Shown one piece after another: positions 17,740-26,641 of a stretch of 64,000 nucleotides of DNA. Under the pieces are notes generated by a model, which did no database searches, had not been told where the DNA came from, and was given only the letters and a program-made list of their open reading frames with translations. The number at the start of each line of letters is the position of its first letter. Position 1 is the stretch's first letter. Made by a program: the position numbers and the translations under genes. The stretch is from positions 7,819 to 71,818 of the forward strand of contig DATHPN010000087.1 in the NCBI GenBank assembly GCA_035483715.1. The letters are read 5' to 3'. Source of the stretch: Candidatus Acidiferrum sp. GTDB taxonomy: Bacteria; Acidobacteriota; Terriglobia; Acidiferrales; UBA7541.

Positions 17740-18456
17740 ATGATTAGGATTATAATCACCCTCATCACGTTCCTGTCATTCGCCGGAGTTCTGGACGCTG
17801 AATGCGTGCTCGTGCCGCCGCTTGAATCCTCCAGCCATATCCGAATATCCGTGGTTCTGGGGGGTAAGCCGCTAAAGGGGGCAAGGGTAATTCTCTACCG
17901 GGTGTCGCAGCACGGGTGTAATTGTGCTACGGACGTGTTGAGGGGCAACCCAATTGACACGACGGTGATTCCTTCGAGTGCTTTACAGGTTACAGACGAG
18001 ATTGGCATTGCCAGTCTGGCGGAACTCGTCCCCGGGGAGTACGAGGTTGCCGCCACCCTCAATAGTATTGCGAGTACTGCCTTCGTTGGACTGCATGTTA
18101 CCAGTAATCCGAAAGTGACGACGATTCCGATGGAACTGACGCAACAGGTTCAACGAGTTGAAGAGGTTCCTATTCTTTTTCACGTCGAGGCATTCCAGGG
18201 AACTGTAAAAGATCCTCCAGGAAATTCGCTTCCAGGAGCGAGCTTCGTCGTCGTGAAAAGGGGATCTCAAGCGAAGGATGTAGCACTAACAAGCAAGGCA
18301 GACGTTAATGGGCATTTTTCGGCTCAATTAACAGAGGGCTCCTACATCGCGGTCTTTTTCTTCCCCGGATTTCGCCCAGCCATTGCCCCATTCGAAGTAA
18401 TAAGAGGAGGCGCCAGCCAGCTTTCAGTCAGCTTGTATGTCGGGGGTTGTCCCTAG
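17740..18456 (+). CDS. secreted protein with two carboxypeptidase-regulatory-like (Ig-like) domains
   Basis: Signal MIRIIITLITFLSFAGVLDA. Repeats of the pattern G-x-P-L-x-GA-x-V-x-L...D-x-x-G-x-x-x-x-x-L-x-x-G-x-Y (KGARVILYRV...DEIGIASLAELVPGEYEV; GASFVVVKRG...DVNGHFSAQLTEGSYIAV). The region is visibly more AT-rich than its flanks. Confidence 0.55.
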   Translation: MIRIIITLITFLSFAGVLDAECVLVPPLESSSHIRISVVLGGKPLKGARVILYRVSQHGCNCATDVLRGNPIDTTVIPSSALQVTDEIGIASLAELVPGEYEVAATLNSIASTAFVGLHVTSNPKVTTIPMELTQQVQRVEEVPILFHVEAFQGTVKDPPGNSLPGASFVVVKRGSQAKDVALTSKADVNGHFSAQLTEGSYIAVFFFPGFRPAIAPFEVIRGGASQLSVSLYVGGCP

Positions 18457-18683
18457 AATACCTAACTGCATTGCCTGCAGCAGGCATTTCTCTCAAGGTG
18501 AGCATGAGTTTGGCGTTAAATAGCCATTTCACTTCCGACGCCCAGAGTTTACGGTCCCTGGTGGATTGTCGGCCAACCGGAAGTTGAAGTCCTGACCGCG
18601 GAGCGGCATTGATCGAGGATGTCTCTTCGCGCGCCACGTCGAATATTGTGTTCCAATCTTTCGCTGGAAATAGTGCACGGACT

Positions 18684-21600
18684 TCAGGCCTTTACCGGCG
18701 CCACGGGAGGAGGCACAGGAACTTCAGGCTCCACGCCGCGCCAGCCGACCGACCTGCCCTGCACGGCGCCCATCACCGAGCGGAACAGCACGAAGTACAT
18801 CATCTGCCGGTAGTAGAAACGTTGCAGCAGCAACGGCCAGAGCAGGGACCAGTCTTCATGGCGTTCGAGAGTGAATGCGACAATGCAAGTAAGGAAATCA
18901 ATCAGCATGAATCCGATAAAAAATACTAGCGAGCGCTGCACATCCGCGGTCGTGTAGAACTGTGGCAGGTGAGTGAAATGGATCAGCGAAGCGCCATACA
19001 ACAACAGCGAGCCCAGAAAAAGGAGATCGATCACCGGGGAGAATAGCGGCAACAGTAGCTGGAAAAGAAACATGTTGGGCAGCGCGATCCATCCGAGCGT
19101 CCCGTATTTCCTGCGTCCGAGGGTGTTGCGATGTTTCCAGAAGGCCTGCAGAGTCCCGAACGTCCAGCGGAACCGCTGCCGGATCAGCGTGGACGCCGTT
19201 TCGGGAGCATTCGTCCAGCCAATCGCTTCTTCCTCGTAGTCGATCTTCCAGCCCGAGCGCCGGATGGTGATGGTCAGGTCGGTATCTTCCGCGACAGTGT
19301 CCGCGCTGAAGCCGCCGGAATCGTTAATTGCTTCCGCGCGCCAGGCGCTCAGCGCTCCAGGGACGACCGGAATGCAATTCAGCAAATCAAAGGCGCGCTT
19401 TTCGAGATTCTGGCTGGTGACGTATTCGAGCGCCTGCCAGCGCGTCAGCCAACTGATCCGGTTGCCCACCTTCACGTTTCCGGCGACGGCGCCAACCCTG
19501 GGGTTGACGAAATGCCGGACGAGTTTGCTGATGGCGTCGGGTTCGATGGCGGTGTCGGCGTCGATGGTCACGATGATGCTGCTCGAAGCTTCGGCCAGGG
19601 CATGGGAGAGCGCAGCAGGCTTCCCGGAATTGGGCTGGTGCATGATGCGAACGGCGGGATTTCGCCCGAATTGCGCATCGAGTAATTCGCCCGTGCCGTC
19701 GTTCGACCCGTCGTCCACGACGATCACTTCCAGCCGTGAATAGTCGGACTCCAGCACGGAATTGATGGTGTAGACGATGACGTCTTCTTCGTTGTAAGCG
19801 GGGATCAGCACGCTCACCACCGGCTGAAAATCCGGCTGATCGGGAGGCGAAGGCCGGAACTTCTCGATGATGGCGAGGAATCCCACGATAATCGCGCGGC
19901 AGCTCACAAGGCCAATCCCCAGAACGAAAATAAATGCCACGCTCAGCCGCGACCACTCATACAGCGTGAAGATCAGTCCATCGGCATGAGCCACGAGGCG
20001 CTCGCGGAAAGTGAGCGGCGGCATCAGCTGCGCGCGCGTTTGCCCTACCAGCTCCGAGACCGGGACGATCTGAAATCCCGCGGCGCGCAAGCCGTCAATA
20101 ATTTCCGGTAAGGCTTGCACGGTATTCGCGCGATCACCGCCGCCGTCATGCAGCAGCACAATGTTGCCGCCGTTCGAACGCGCCTGCTCGAGAACGCGTT
20201 GAACGATCACTTGGGCCGGAGCCGGCGGAACACCTCCAGGCTCGCCCCAATCGTGCGGATCGATTCGCGCGCCCACGATCAAGTAGCCCATGGATTGCGC
20301 GATGGGCAGCTCAGCGACTTCATCCGCCGTTTCAGGCTGGTGGTCGATGCCGTACGGCGGGCGGAATAAGAGCGTCTTCACGCCCAGCGTGCTGTTCAGC
20401 AGCCGCTCGGTCACATTCAGCTCGACGTCAATTTGCGTGCGCGAGATTTCATTCCAGCGTGGATGCGTATAGGTGTGGTTGCCGATCTCGTGGCCCTCGT
20501 CATATTCGCGCCGGATAATTCCCAGGGCGTCGTTGGCGCCGCTTCCGATCACAAAGAATGTGGCTGGCGCATGTTTGGCTTTCAAGACATCCAAAATTTT
20601 TGGCGTGAAGGTCGTGTCCGGCCCATCGTCGAAACTGAGCGCGACTTTGTAGGGCGCGGCGCCCATCTGGAAGATGCGATAAGAAGTGGGAAGCGACTGG
20701 TAATTGTCCTCGACAATGTTGTCGGTCGCAGGATCAAAGCGAATCGAACGTTTCCCTTTTTGCGGCGTGTCCGCGAACCTCCAGATGTCGCCGTCGCCCT
20801 CGAGAACCAGGTCATATCCCGGTGGCATGTCTTGGAGTTTGGCGCGGTCGGCGTCATTGGGGCGCGAGTTATCCCAGATCGACCACACCGAAGGATCTTC
20901 CGAGCCCAGCCGCCAGATCGCCGTGCCTTGCACGCCGACGCGTTCGGCGGCGCGCAGTTCGTTGTAGGCGGTCACGCCGTCGAGCATCCAGACGCGGTGG
21001 ATGAAGTTGTGCTCGTCCGAATACGAATAGAAAGGGTTGAGAGAATCCGAGTCAAACTGGACCTGGGCTTCCGATTCCGTCGCCGTGACGATGGACTCCT
21101 GGAAGCTCTCCACCTTGGCCTGTTCGTGCGCCTTCAATCCCGCCTTGCTGGGCCAATCGTAGGCGTAGTTGGCGATTCCCATCACCAGCTTCGCCGGCGG
21201 CACCAGCTTGGTGATGGCCTCGATGTTCCTCACAAACCAATCTTGCGCGGCGATGGGGCCGGGGCCGGATGTGCGCCAGTGCTGGTCGTAATTCATGAGG
21301 ATCACGGCGTCGGCGGATTTTCCAATCCCGGCGTAGTCGTAAATCCAGTCGGCCGCGGGGAGTGCAACCATGAGTTTCAGATTCGAGCTGTGCAGATCCG
21401 CGGCCAGCTCGGAGATAAATTGGCTGAAATCCTTCTGGCTCTTGTCGGGAATTTCTTCAAAATCGACAACGAGTCCGGCGAAGTGGTTTAGTGTGAGATA
21501 TTGGACCGATTGTTGAGCCAGATTTCCACGGGCCGCGGGGCTCTTGAGCATGGTGGCCATTTCGTCGGTGAGCCAGTTGGTGCCGTCGGAATTGTTCAGC

Positions 21601-22088
21601 AGCGGCATGGTAGGAATTTTGATGGGAGGATTTTGTTGCGCCAGCGTCTGCTCCCAGGCCGCGAGTTTGGGATCGGCCTCCACATCCAGGCGGCCGGTGG
21701 CAGTAATCGAGTGCAGGCGCTCGGGAACGAGCAAGTCGATGTCCCGGAAATGCTGCTGCAGCGCCGCGAGAGATGTGGGATCCCAGCTGACGTAAAATGC
21801 GGCGCGCACGGGATCGTAAGTGGCGGGCATCTGGCCGAGCGATTCGACGCGGCGGTACCGCCCCGTCCTTTTCAACGTGATTTTAGTCCTGGTTTTTTCA
21901 CGCACCGGATGCAGCGCGGTGCGGTTAGTGGGAAGCAAGGGCACGGGCAATCGAGGGCTTACAAGAATGTTGATTAAAAACGTGATGGTCAGCAAAGTAA
22001 AAAGCGCGCCGCTGATTTCCAGAATGCGGCTGGTGCGCCGCCAGCGGCGGCGCTGCTCATCGTAGAATATGGGCTTGCGCGGCTTCAT
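18684..22088 (-). CDS. tri-domain exopolysaccharide synthase: GH18-like + NodB polysaccharide deacetylase + processive family-2 glycosyltransferase (PgaC/NodC-like)
   Basis: 1134 aa.
- N-terminal TM (aa 26-44).
- GH18-like aa ~93-400 (GLVVDFEE).
- NodB aa ~478-680 with all motifs (FDDGP, GNHTYTHP, LFRPPYG, LLHD).
- TM aa ~705-742.
- GT2 aa ~755-985 (VDDGSNDGT, DAD, AED, QRFRW).
- C-terminal TM bundle. Confidence 0.88.
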   Translation of the reverse strand: MKPRKPIFYDEQRRRWRRTSRILEISGALFTLLTITFLINILVSPRLPVPLLPTNRTALHPVREKTRTKITLKRTGRYRRVESLGQMPATYDPVRAAFYVSWDPTSLAALQQHFRDIDLLVPERLHSITATGRLDVEADPKLAAWEQTLAQQNPPIKIPTMPLLNNSDGTNWLTDEMATMLKSPAARGNLAQQSVQYLTLNHFAGLVVDFEEIPDKSQKDFSQFISELAADLHSSNLKLMVALPAADWIYDYAGIGKSADAVILMNYDQHWRTSGPGPIAAQDWFVRNIEAITKLVPPAKLVMGIANYAYDWPSKAGLKAHEQAKVESFQESIVTATESEAQVQFDSDSLNPFYSYSDEHNFIHRVWMLDGVTAYNELRAAERVGVQGTAIWRLGSEDPSVWSIWDNSRPNDADRAKLQDMPPGYDLVLEGDGDIWRFADTPQKGKRSIRFDPATDNIVEDNYQSLPTSYRIFQMGAAPYKVALSFDDGPDTTFTPKILDVLKAKHAPATFFVIGSGANDALGIIRREYDEGHEIGNHTYTHPRWNEISRTQIDVELNVTERLLNSTLGVKTLLFRPPYGIDHQPETADEVAELPIAQSMGYLIVGARIDPHDWGEPGGVPPAPAQVIVQRVLEQARSNGGNIVLLHDGGGDRANTVQALPEIIDGLRAAGFQIVPVSELVGQTRAQLMPPLTFRERLVAHADGLIFTLYEWSRLSVAFIFVLGIGLVSCRAIIVGFLAIIEKFRPSPPDQPDFQPVVSVLIPAYNEEDVIVYTINSVLESDYSRLEVIVVDDGSNDGTGELLDAQFGRNPAVRIMHQPNSGKPAALSHALAEASSSIIVTIDADTAIEPDAISKLVRHFVNPRVGAVAGNVKVGNRISWLTRWQALEYVTSQNLEKRAFDLLNCIPVVPGALSAWRAEAINDSGGFSADTVAEDTDLTITIRRSGWKIDYEEEAIGWTNAPETASTLIRQRFRWTFGTLQAFWKHRNTLGRRKYGTLGWIALPNMFLFQLLLPLFSPVIDLLFLGSLLLYGASLIHFTHLPQFYTTADVQRSLVFFIGFMLIDFLTCIVAFTLERHEDWSLLWPLLLQRFYYRQMMYFVLFRSVMGAVQGRSVGWRGVEPEVPVPPPVAPVKA

Positions 22089-22136
22089 TCCGTTATCTCA
22101 AGTAACTCAAGCGAGCCGTCTGTCGGAACGGCATCG

Positions 22137-23675
22137 ATGACCAATCCACCTGCCACACAACCGCATCGCCGGGAAGAGACGATCATACCCGCACGGAGCA
22201 GCCGCGTCACGGCACTTTCCGCTTCAGCGTTCCTTTCCGTAATTGTGGGGCTGGCCCTGCGCCTGGCGTTCGTTCATTGGTTCCCAGCTACGACGGACGA
22301 CAGCGCCACATATCTGCAACTGGCCAACAACTGGGTCGACCACCACGTCTATGGATTGCTGCAGAACGGTCAACTGCTTCCGACGGACCTCCGAACGCCG
22401 GGATACCCGGCTTTTCTGGCCGGAGTGACTCTGCTCTTTAGACGCTCGATACAGGCCATTCTGTTGTCTCAGGCCCTTCTCGACGTCATCACCTGTATTT
22501 TGACGGCGGCACTGGCCGCAGCGTTAGCGCCCGCCGGCGCGCGCCGGAGCGTGTGGATTATAGCGCTTTGGCTGGCGGCCACGTGCCCTTTCCTGGCGAA
22601 TTACTCGGCCGCCGTGCTGACCGAAGCCGTGGTGACGTTCCTCGCGACCGCCGCGCTCTGCTGCTTCACCATGGGCCTTCGGGAGGAATCCACGAACGTG
22701 GTCTTTCGAATCGGGCGTTTTTGGGCTTTCCCTTTTGCTTTTTCGCTAATTGGCAGTTTTCTCACCGGGGCGGCGACCCTGGTGCGGCCCGAAATGCCCT
22801 TGCTTGTGGGCGTCGCGGTTCTCTTCTACGGGCTTCGCGCCTGGCGCGCTCAGGGCGCCCGAAAAGCGATTCTGTTAGCAGCGGCCATGGCCGGCGCGTT
22901 TCTGCTGCCGCTCCTGCCCTGGGCCGCGCGCAATGCCATCTCCTTACGCAAGCTGCAATTCCTCGCGCCGCGCTACGCCACTTTCCCTGGCGAGTACCCG
23001 CCAGTTGGCTTTTACGCCTGGACGGGGACGTGGCTCGAACGCTATCGCGACGTCTATTTTACAATTTGGGTGATCGGAGAAGATCGCGTGGACATCGATA
23101 GCCTCCCCGCAACCGCTTTCGATTCTCCCGGGGAAAAGGCTCGAGTAGCGGATTTAATCGCGCAATACAATGAGAGCCCCGAGCTCGACATTTCTCCCGA
23201 AATCGACCGCGAGTTTGCCGAAATTGCCCGCGAGCGGACGCAGCGCCACCATCTGCGAACTTACATTCGCGTGCCATTCGAACGCGCTCTGACGATCTGG
23301 TTCACGCCCCGGACCGAACTGCTTCCCATCGACGGCAAATTCTGGCCGCTGCGCGAGCAATGGGAAGATTCCTACGCCGACGTGCTCGTCACGGGAGGAT
23401 TTGCGGTGTTGGGGTATCTGTACGTGGCGCTGGCGGTTGGCGGAATCTGGATTGCCTGGGGCAGGCGCAGCGAAAGCGGCATGAGCGGGGCGCCGGATGA
23501 TGCGAATCTCTGGGGCATCGCACTGTTGCTCGTTTACTTTGTGGTTCGAACGGCGTTTCTCACCACGGTGGAAGCCCCCGAGCCTCGTTACGTCGTGTCA
23601 TGCTATCCGGGAGTGCTCGCGCTGATCGCATTACTCGGCATTCGAAAAGAAAAGCACGAAGAGAAGAGTGCGTGA
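22137..23675 (+). CDS. GT-C-like (ArnT/PMT family-39-like) polytopic membrane glycosyltransferase
   Basis: 512 aa with more than 10 hydrophobic helices. The first external loop holds the acidic motif TTDDSATYLQLANNW...RTPGYPAFLAG, as in ArnT/PMT-type GT-C enzymes. A soluble C-terminal segment follows. Divergent from the synthase with only a 48-nt spacer. Confidence 0.6.
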   Translation: MTNPPATQPHRREETIIPARSSRVTALSASAFLSVIVGLALRLAFVHWFPATTDDSATYLQLANNWVDHHVYGLLQNGQLLPTDLRTPGYPAFLAGVTLLFRRSIQAILLSQALLDVITCILTAALAAALAPAGARRSVWIIALWLAATCPFLANYSAAVLTEAVVTFLATAALCCFTMGLREESTNVVFRIGRFWAFPFAFSLIGSFLTGAATLVRPEMPLLVGVAVLFYGLRAWRAQGARKAILLAAAMAGAFLLPLLPWAARNAISLRKLQFLAPRYATFPGEYPPVGFYAWTGTWLERYRDVYFTIWVIGEDRVDIDSLPATAFDSPGEKARVADLIAQYNESPELDISPEIDREFAEIARERTQRHHLRTYIRVPFERALTIWFTPRTELLPIDGKFWPLREQWEDSYADVLVTGGFAVLGYLYVALAVGGIWIAWGRRSESGMSGAPDDANLWGIALLLVYFVVRTAFLTTVEAPEPRYVVSCYPGVLALIALLGIRKEKHEEKSA

Positions 23676-23689
23676 GCTTGACTTGGAGC

Positions 23690-23805
23690 GAGGCCGTTCC
23701 GTCCCGGAAGACGCGGGACGGAACGGCCTCTACGAAACCATTCTGCCGCGCCGGCGAGTGGTTTTGTAGAGGCCGCCCGTTTTTCAGGGCGGGCAGCGTT
23801 TGCTA
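23690..23805. repeat. PAL-E paired hairpins
   Basis: GAGGCCGTTCCGTCCCGGAAGACGCGGGACGGAACGGCCTCTAC ... GTAGAGGCCGCCCGTTTTTCAGGGCGGGCAGCG: two strong hairpins sharing the GTAGAGGCCG motif, right after the GT-C stop. Confidence 0.75.
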
Positions 23806-23915
23806 CACCTCAAACTAAGCCGGGTCACTGCCGCGAACAGACCTCATAAGCTGCGGACGCATCCAAGGATTTACATGATATGTTTTTGGCTTACGTATGC
23901 GCGCGAGGTGGCCCG

Positions 23916-25286
23916 ATGAAGAGACGAAGCTCGATCCTGTGCGGCGTGTTGGCCCTTTTGCTCGCGGCGTGTCTCGCGCCGATTCTCAGGGCGTGGGAGC
24001 GCGAGCCGGCCACTGTGTTTGCCGAGCGGCGCGCCAAGCTGGTTGCCGCGGTTAATGCTCCAGTCGTGCTGTTCGGCTACACGGGTCACGAGGAAGCGAA
24101 TCCCTCCTACGTTTTCATGCAGGAAGAAAATTTTTATTACCTCACAGGGCATAACGAAGAAGGCGCCGCGTTGCTGCTGGTGCCTGAATCGGCGGGAGAG
24201 AAAGGCTGGGCCGGCCCGCGCGAGATTTTGTATCTCCCGCCGCGCGATCTGGCCGAGGAGCGATGGAACGGCCCGCGCGTAGGGCCGGAAGATCCGGGCA
24301 TCCAGGAAAAAACAGGCTTCGCCCGCGTCGAAACATCCGCAAAGCTGCGCGATGCCCTCGTTGCGCTGGCAAAAAATTATCCGGAAATTTACACCGAACT
24401 GCCGGGCCCTCACGACGAAGGCTACCCGCACGCCGCGAACTGGTCTAAGTGGGTGAAAGATTTGGTGCCGCAGGCTTCCCTCAAGGATGTTTCCCCCGCC
24501 GTCGGGACGCTGCGCGCGGTTAAATCGCCGGGCGAGCTGGAGCTGATTCAGAAAGCCATCGATCCCTCGATCGACGCGCATCTCGAAGCCATGAAGATGG
24601 TGCGCCCGGGGCTGTATGAATATCAGGTGGCGGCAAAGATGGTGGAGATCCACGCGTCCGCGGGTTGCGAAACCGAGGCGTACTCGCCGATTGTCGGGAC
24701 GGGTTTCAACTCGACCGTGCTGCACTACAACAAGCTCGACCGCAGGATCGAGGATGGCGACGTCGTGCTGCTCGACGTTGGCGGCCAGTATTCCGGCTAC
24801 GCGTCCGACATCACGCGCACCATTCCGGCCAACGGAAAATTCACCGCGCGGCAGCACGAAATTTACGAAATCGTGCTGGGGGCGCAGAACGCGGCCATGG
24901 CGGCGCTCAAGCCCGGCATGACGATCGGCGGCAAGGACGCAGCGACGAGCCTGCAGAAAATCGCCATGGATTACATCGATTCGCACGGGAAGGACAAAGA
25001 GGGCCGCTCGCTCGGCCGGTACTACATTCACGGGCTCAGCCATCACGTCGGGCTCGATGTGCACGATCCGAGCGGGCCCGCTCGGCCGCTCGAGCCGGGA
25101 ATGGTCATCACCATCGAGCCGGGGATTTATATTCCCGAGGAAAATCTCGGCGTGCGCATCGAGGACGACGTGCTCATTACTGCCACCGGCTATAAACAAC
25201 TCAGCGCGCGCCTGCCGCGCTCCCCGGATGAAATCGAAAAGATCATGGCGGAGGGGAAAGCCGAGCGCGACAGGCAGCGGCCGTAG
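23916..25286 (+). CDS. Xaa-Pro aminopeptidase (M24B) with signal peptide
   Basis: I prefer ATG 23916 (MKRRSSILCGVLALLLAACLAP). AMP_N domain, then M24 metal ligands (VLLDVGGQYSGYASDITRT, HGLSHHVGLDVHD, VITIEPGIY, GVRIEDDVLIT). Confidence 0.88.
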   Translation: MKRRSSILCGVLALLLAACLAPILRAWEREPATVFAERRAKLVAAVNAPVVLFGYTGHEEANPSYVFMQEENFYYLTGHNEEGAALLLVPESAGEKGWAGPREILYLPPRDLAEERWNGPRVGPEDPGIQEKTGFARVETSAKLRDALVALAKNYPEIYTELPGPHDEGYPHAANWSKWVKDLVPQASLKDVSPAVGTLRAVKSPGELELIQKAIDPSIDAHLEAMKMVRPGLYEYQVAAKMVEIHASAGCETEAYSPIVGTGFNSTVLHYNKLDRRIEDGDVVLLDVGGQYSGYASDITRTIPANGKFTARQHEIYEIVLGAQNAAMAALKPGMTIGGKDAATSLQKIAMDYIDSHGKDKEGRSLGRYYIHGLSHHVGLDVHDPSGPARPLEPGMVITIEPGIYIPEENLGVRIEDDVLITATGYKQLSARLPRSPDEIEKIMAEGKAERDRQRP

Positions 25287-25431
25287 CTGCGGGCCTGCCG
25301 CACGATCAGTTTGGATTTTCCCGCGGGGTTCTCGGAGTTCTCTGCGTTGAATTCCGGAAAGCTCAACACAGAGAACAGTGAGAAATGCGGAGGATCACAG
25401 AGAATTCACCAATGGGCATCGTCCCAGGCGC

Positions 25432-25674
25432 TTATTTTTCCTTCAGCTTCAGCCTGCTTTTGTTTTCTTCCAGGAATTCCCGCAGTCTTGGCGAGGCATC
25501 GAGCAGCCGGGTCCACTGCTCGTAATATAACGTGACCGGGAACCGGCCCAGGCCGTAAACGCTCACGCCGCCTTTTTCGCCGACCTTGAAATCCAGTTCA
25601 CCGGTGCGTCGCGCCCCCTTCTTTTCCAATTCCTCCAGGCGCGCCTTCAGTTCGTCGTATGTCGGTTCCGCCAT
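25432..25674 (-). CDS. small conserved hypothetical protein
   Basis: ATG 25674 behind GGAGGGAGGA. 80 aa: MAEPTYDELKARLEELEKKGARRTGELDFKVGEKGGVSVYGLGRFPVTLYYEQWTRLL. Coding-like composition, no family recognised. Confidence 0.5.
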   Translation of the reverse strand: MAEPTYDELKARLEELEKKGARRTGELDFKVGEKGGVSVYGLGRFPVTLYYEQWTRLLDASPRLREFLEENKSRLKLKEK

Positions 25675-25778
25675 TGTTCCTCCCTCCATCAATTCAGAGC
25701 CAGGACAGATTGTACTCCAGCAGAAGCGCCATCCGCACCGGGCTCCCGCTTGATCCGGCCGCAGCGGGCGCGCTCACG

Positions 25779-25808
25779 TTGACCGGCCCTCCGCCCGGCG
25801 TCTATAAT
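25779..25808 (+). promoter_or_regulatory. sigma70-like promoter upstream of efp
   Basis: TTGACC (25779-25784), 18-nt spacer, TATAAT (25803-25808). This would give a leader of roughly 115 nt before the efp ATG. Confidence 0.5.
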
Positions 25809-25932
25809 CTAACTTCGGTGGGCGGCGCACTTTTGGTCCGGCAATCCTACACCGCCCAGACTGCGCGAATCGAAATTGCAGCCGATTGGAACCGCCTGCC
25901 GCAAGACCCCGTAGGCATCAGGAGCATATGAA

Positions 25933-26487
25933 ATGCGAGCAACACAACTGCGTCCGGGAATGATCATCCGCCACGACGGCGACCTGTATTCGGTGCACGC
26001 CGTCGAGCACCGTACGCCCGGCAACAAGCGTGCCGCCATGGCCACGAAAATGCGCAACCTGCGCAGCGGGTCGATCATCGACTACCGGTTCCGCGCGGAA
26101 GACGACATCGAGCGCGCCATCTTCGACGAAGTCGAGCACGAATATCTGTATGCGGACAACGAAGGCTACCACTTCATGAACACGGAGTCCTACGAACAAT
26201 TTCAATTGGGCGCGGACATATTGGGCGAAGCGGTGTACTACCTGATTCCGAACACCACAGTGAAATTGGAGTTCTACGAAGGCAAGGCCATCGGCGTGGT
26301 GTTGCCGGACACGATGGACCTCAAAGTGGTCGACACGGAGCCGACCGTGCAGAAGGCCACCGCCAGCGCGGTGATGAAAGCGGCCAAGCTCGAGACCGGT
26401 CTTACCATCCAGGTCCCTCCGTTCGTCAATACCGGCGACAAAGTCAGGGTGGATACTTCGGAAGCGCGCTACGTGCAGCGCGTATAG
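25933..26487 (+). CDS. efp: elongation factor P (atypical loop sequence)
   Basis: 184 aa. MRATQLRPGMIIRHDGDLYSV..., three-domain EF-P layout, and C-terminal GLTIQVPPFVNTGDKVRVDTSEARYVQRV. The beta3-beta4 loop reads TPGNKRAA instead of the canonical PGKG. Confidence 0.9.
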   Translation: MRATQLRPGMIIRHDGDLYSVHAVEHRTPGNKRAAMATKMRNLRSGSIIDYRFRAEDDIERAIFDEVEHEYLYADNEGYHFMNTESYEQFQLGADILGEAVYYLIPNTTVKLEFYEGKAIGVVLPDTMDLKVVDTEPTVQKATASAVMKAAKLETGLTIQVPPFVNTGDKVRVDTSEARYVQRV

Positions 26488-26491
26488 CGTT

Positions 26492-26566
26492 GTGGCGCCG
26501 GCGTCCCGCCGGCGGTTTTGCGCTGCGAAGAGATCGGAAAATTCGCCGGCGAGACGCCGGCGCCAC
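26492..26566. repeat. PAL-C palindromic repeat copy 2
   Basis: GTGGCGCCGGCGTCCCGCCGGCGGTTTTGCG ... AATTCGCCGGCGAGACGCCGGCGCCAC, immediately after the efp stop. Confidence 0.9.
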
Positions 26567-26641
26567 GAAAATCCACATCTCTCCGCGCAGCAAATGAATT
26601 TCATTTTCCAGTTGGAATGAGGGCATGAAATGCGAGCGGGT

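Noticed and set aside
14268-18683. Calling the hslV-linked cassette a mobile genetic element (integrative island).
   Set aside because: No integrase, recombinase, transposase or terminal inverted repeats are visible. I report only the duplication geometry and leave the mechanism open.
18609-18929. Short plus-strand ORFs (18609-18929, 18619-18813) in the convergent spacer and the 3' end of the synthase gene.
   Set aside because: They overlap the C-terminal TM region of the 1134-aa gene in antisense. They have no ribosome binding site and no recognisable motifs.
23871-25199. Long ORFs antisense to confidently identified genes:
- 23871-25199 (minus strand) versus the M24 peptidase.
- 48423-49898 (minus strand) versus ffh.
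- 39115-40326 (minus strand) and 40272-41099 (minus strand) versus the amidohydrolase and MFS genes.
- 58577-59692 (minus strand) versus the GtrB-like gene.
- 61271-62011 (minus strand) versus rnhB.
- 5061-6158 (minus strand).
- 6835-8406 (plus strand).
- 8726-10141 (plus strand).
- 12593-13735 (plus strand).
- 27850-29163 (plus strand).
- 29891-31120 (minus strand).
- 20433-21491 (plus strand).
   Set aside because: These are typical shadow ORFs of GC-rich DNA. Their translations are Arg/Ala/Gly/His-rich with no recognisable motifs, and each fully overlaps a gene with strong family signatures on the other strand.
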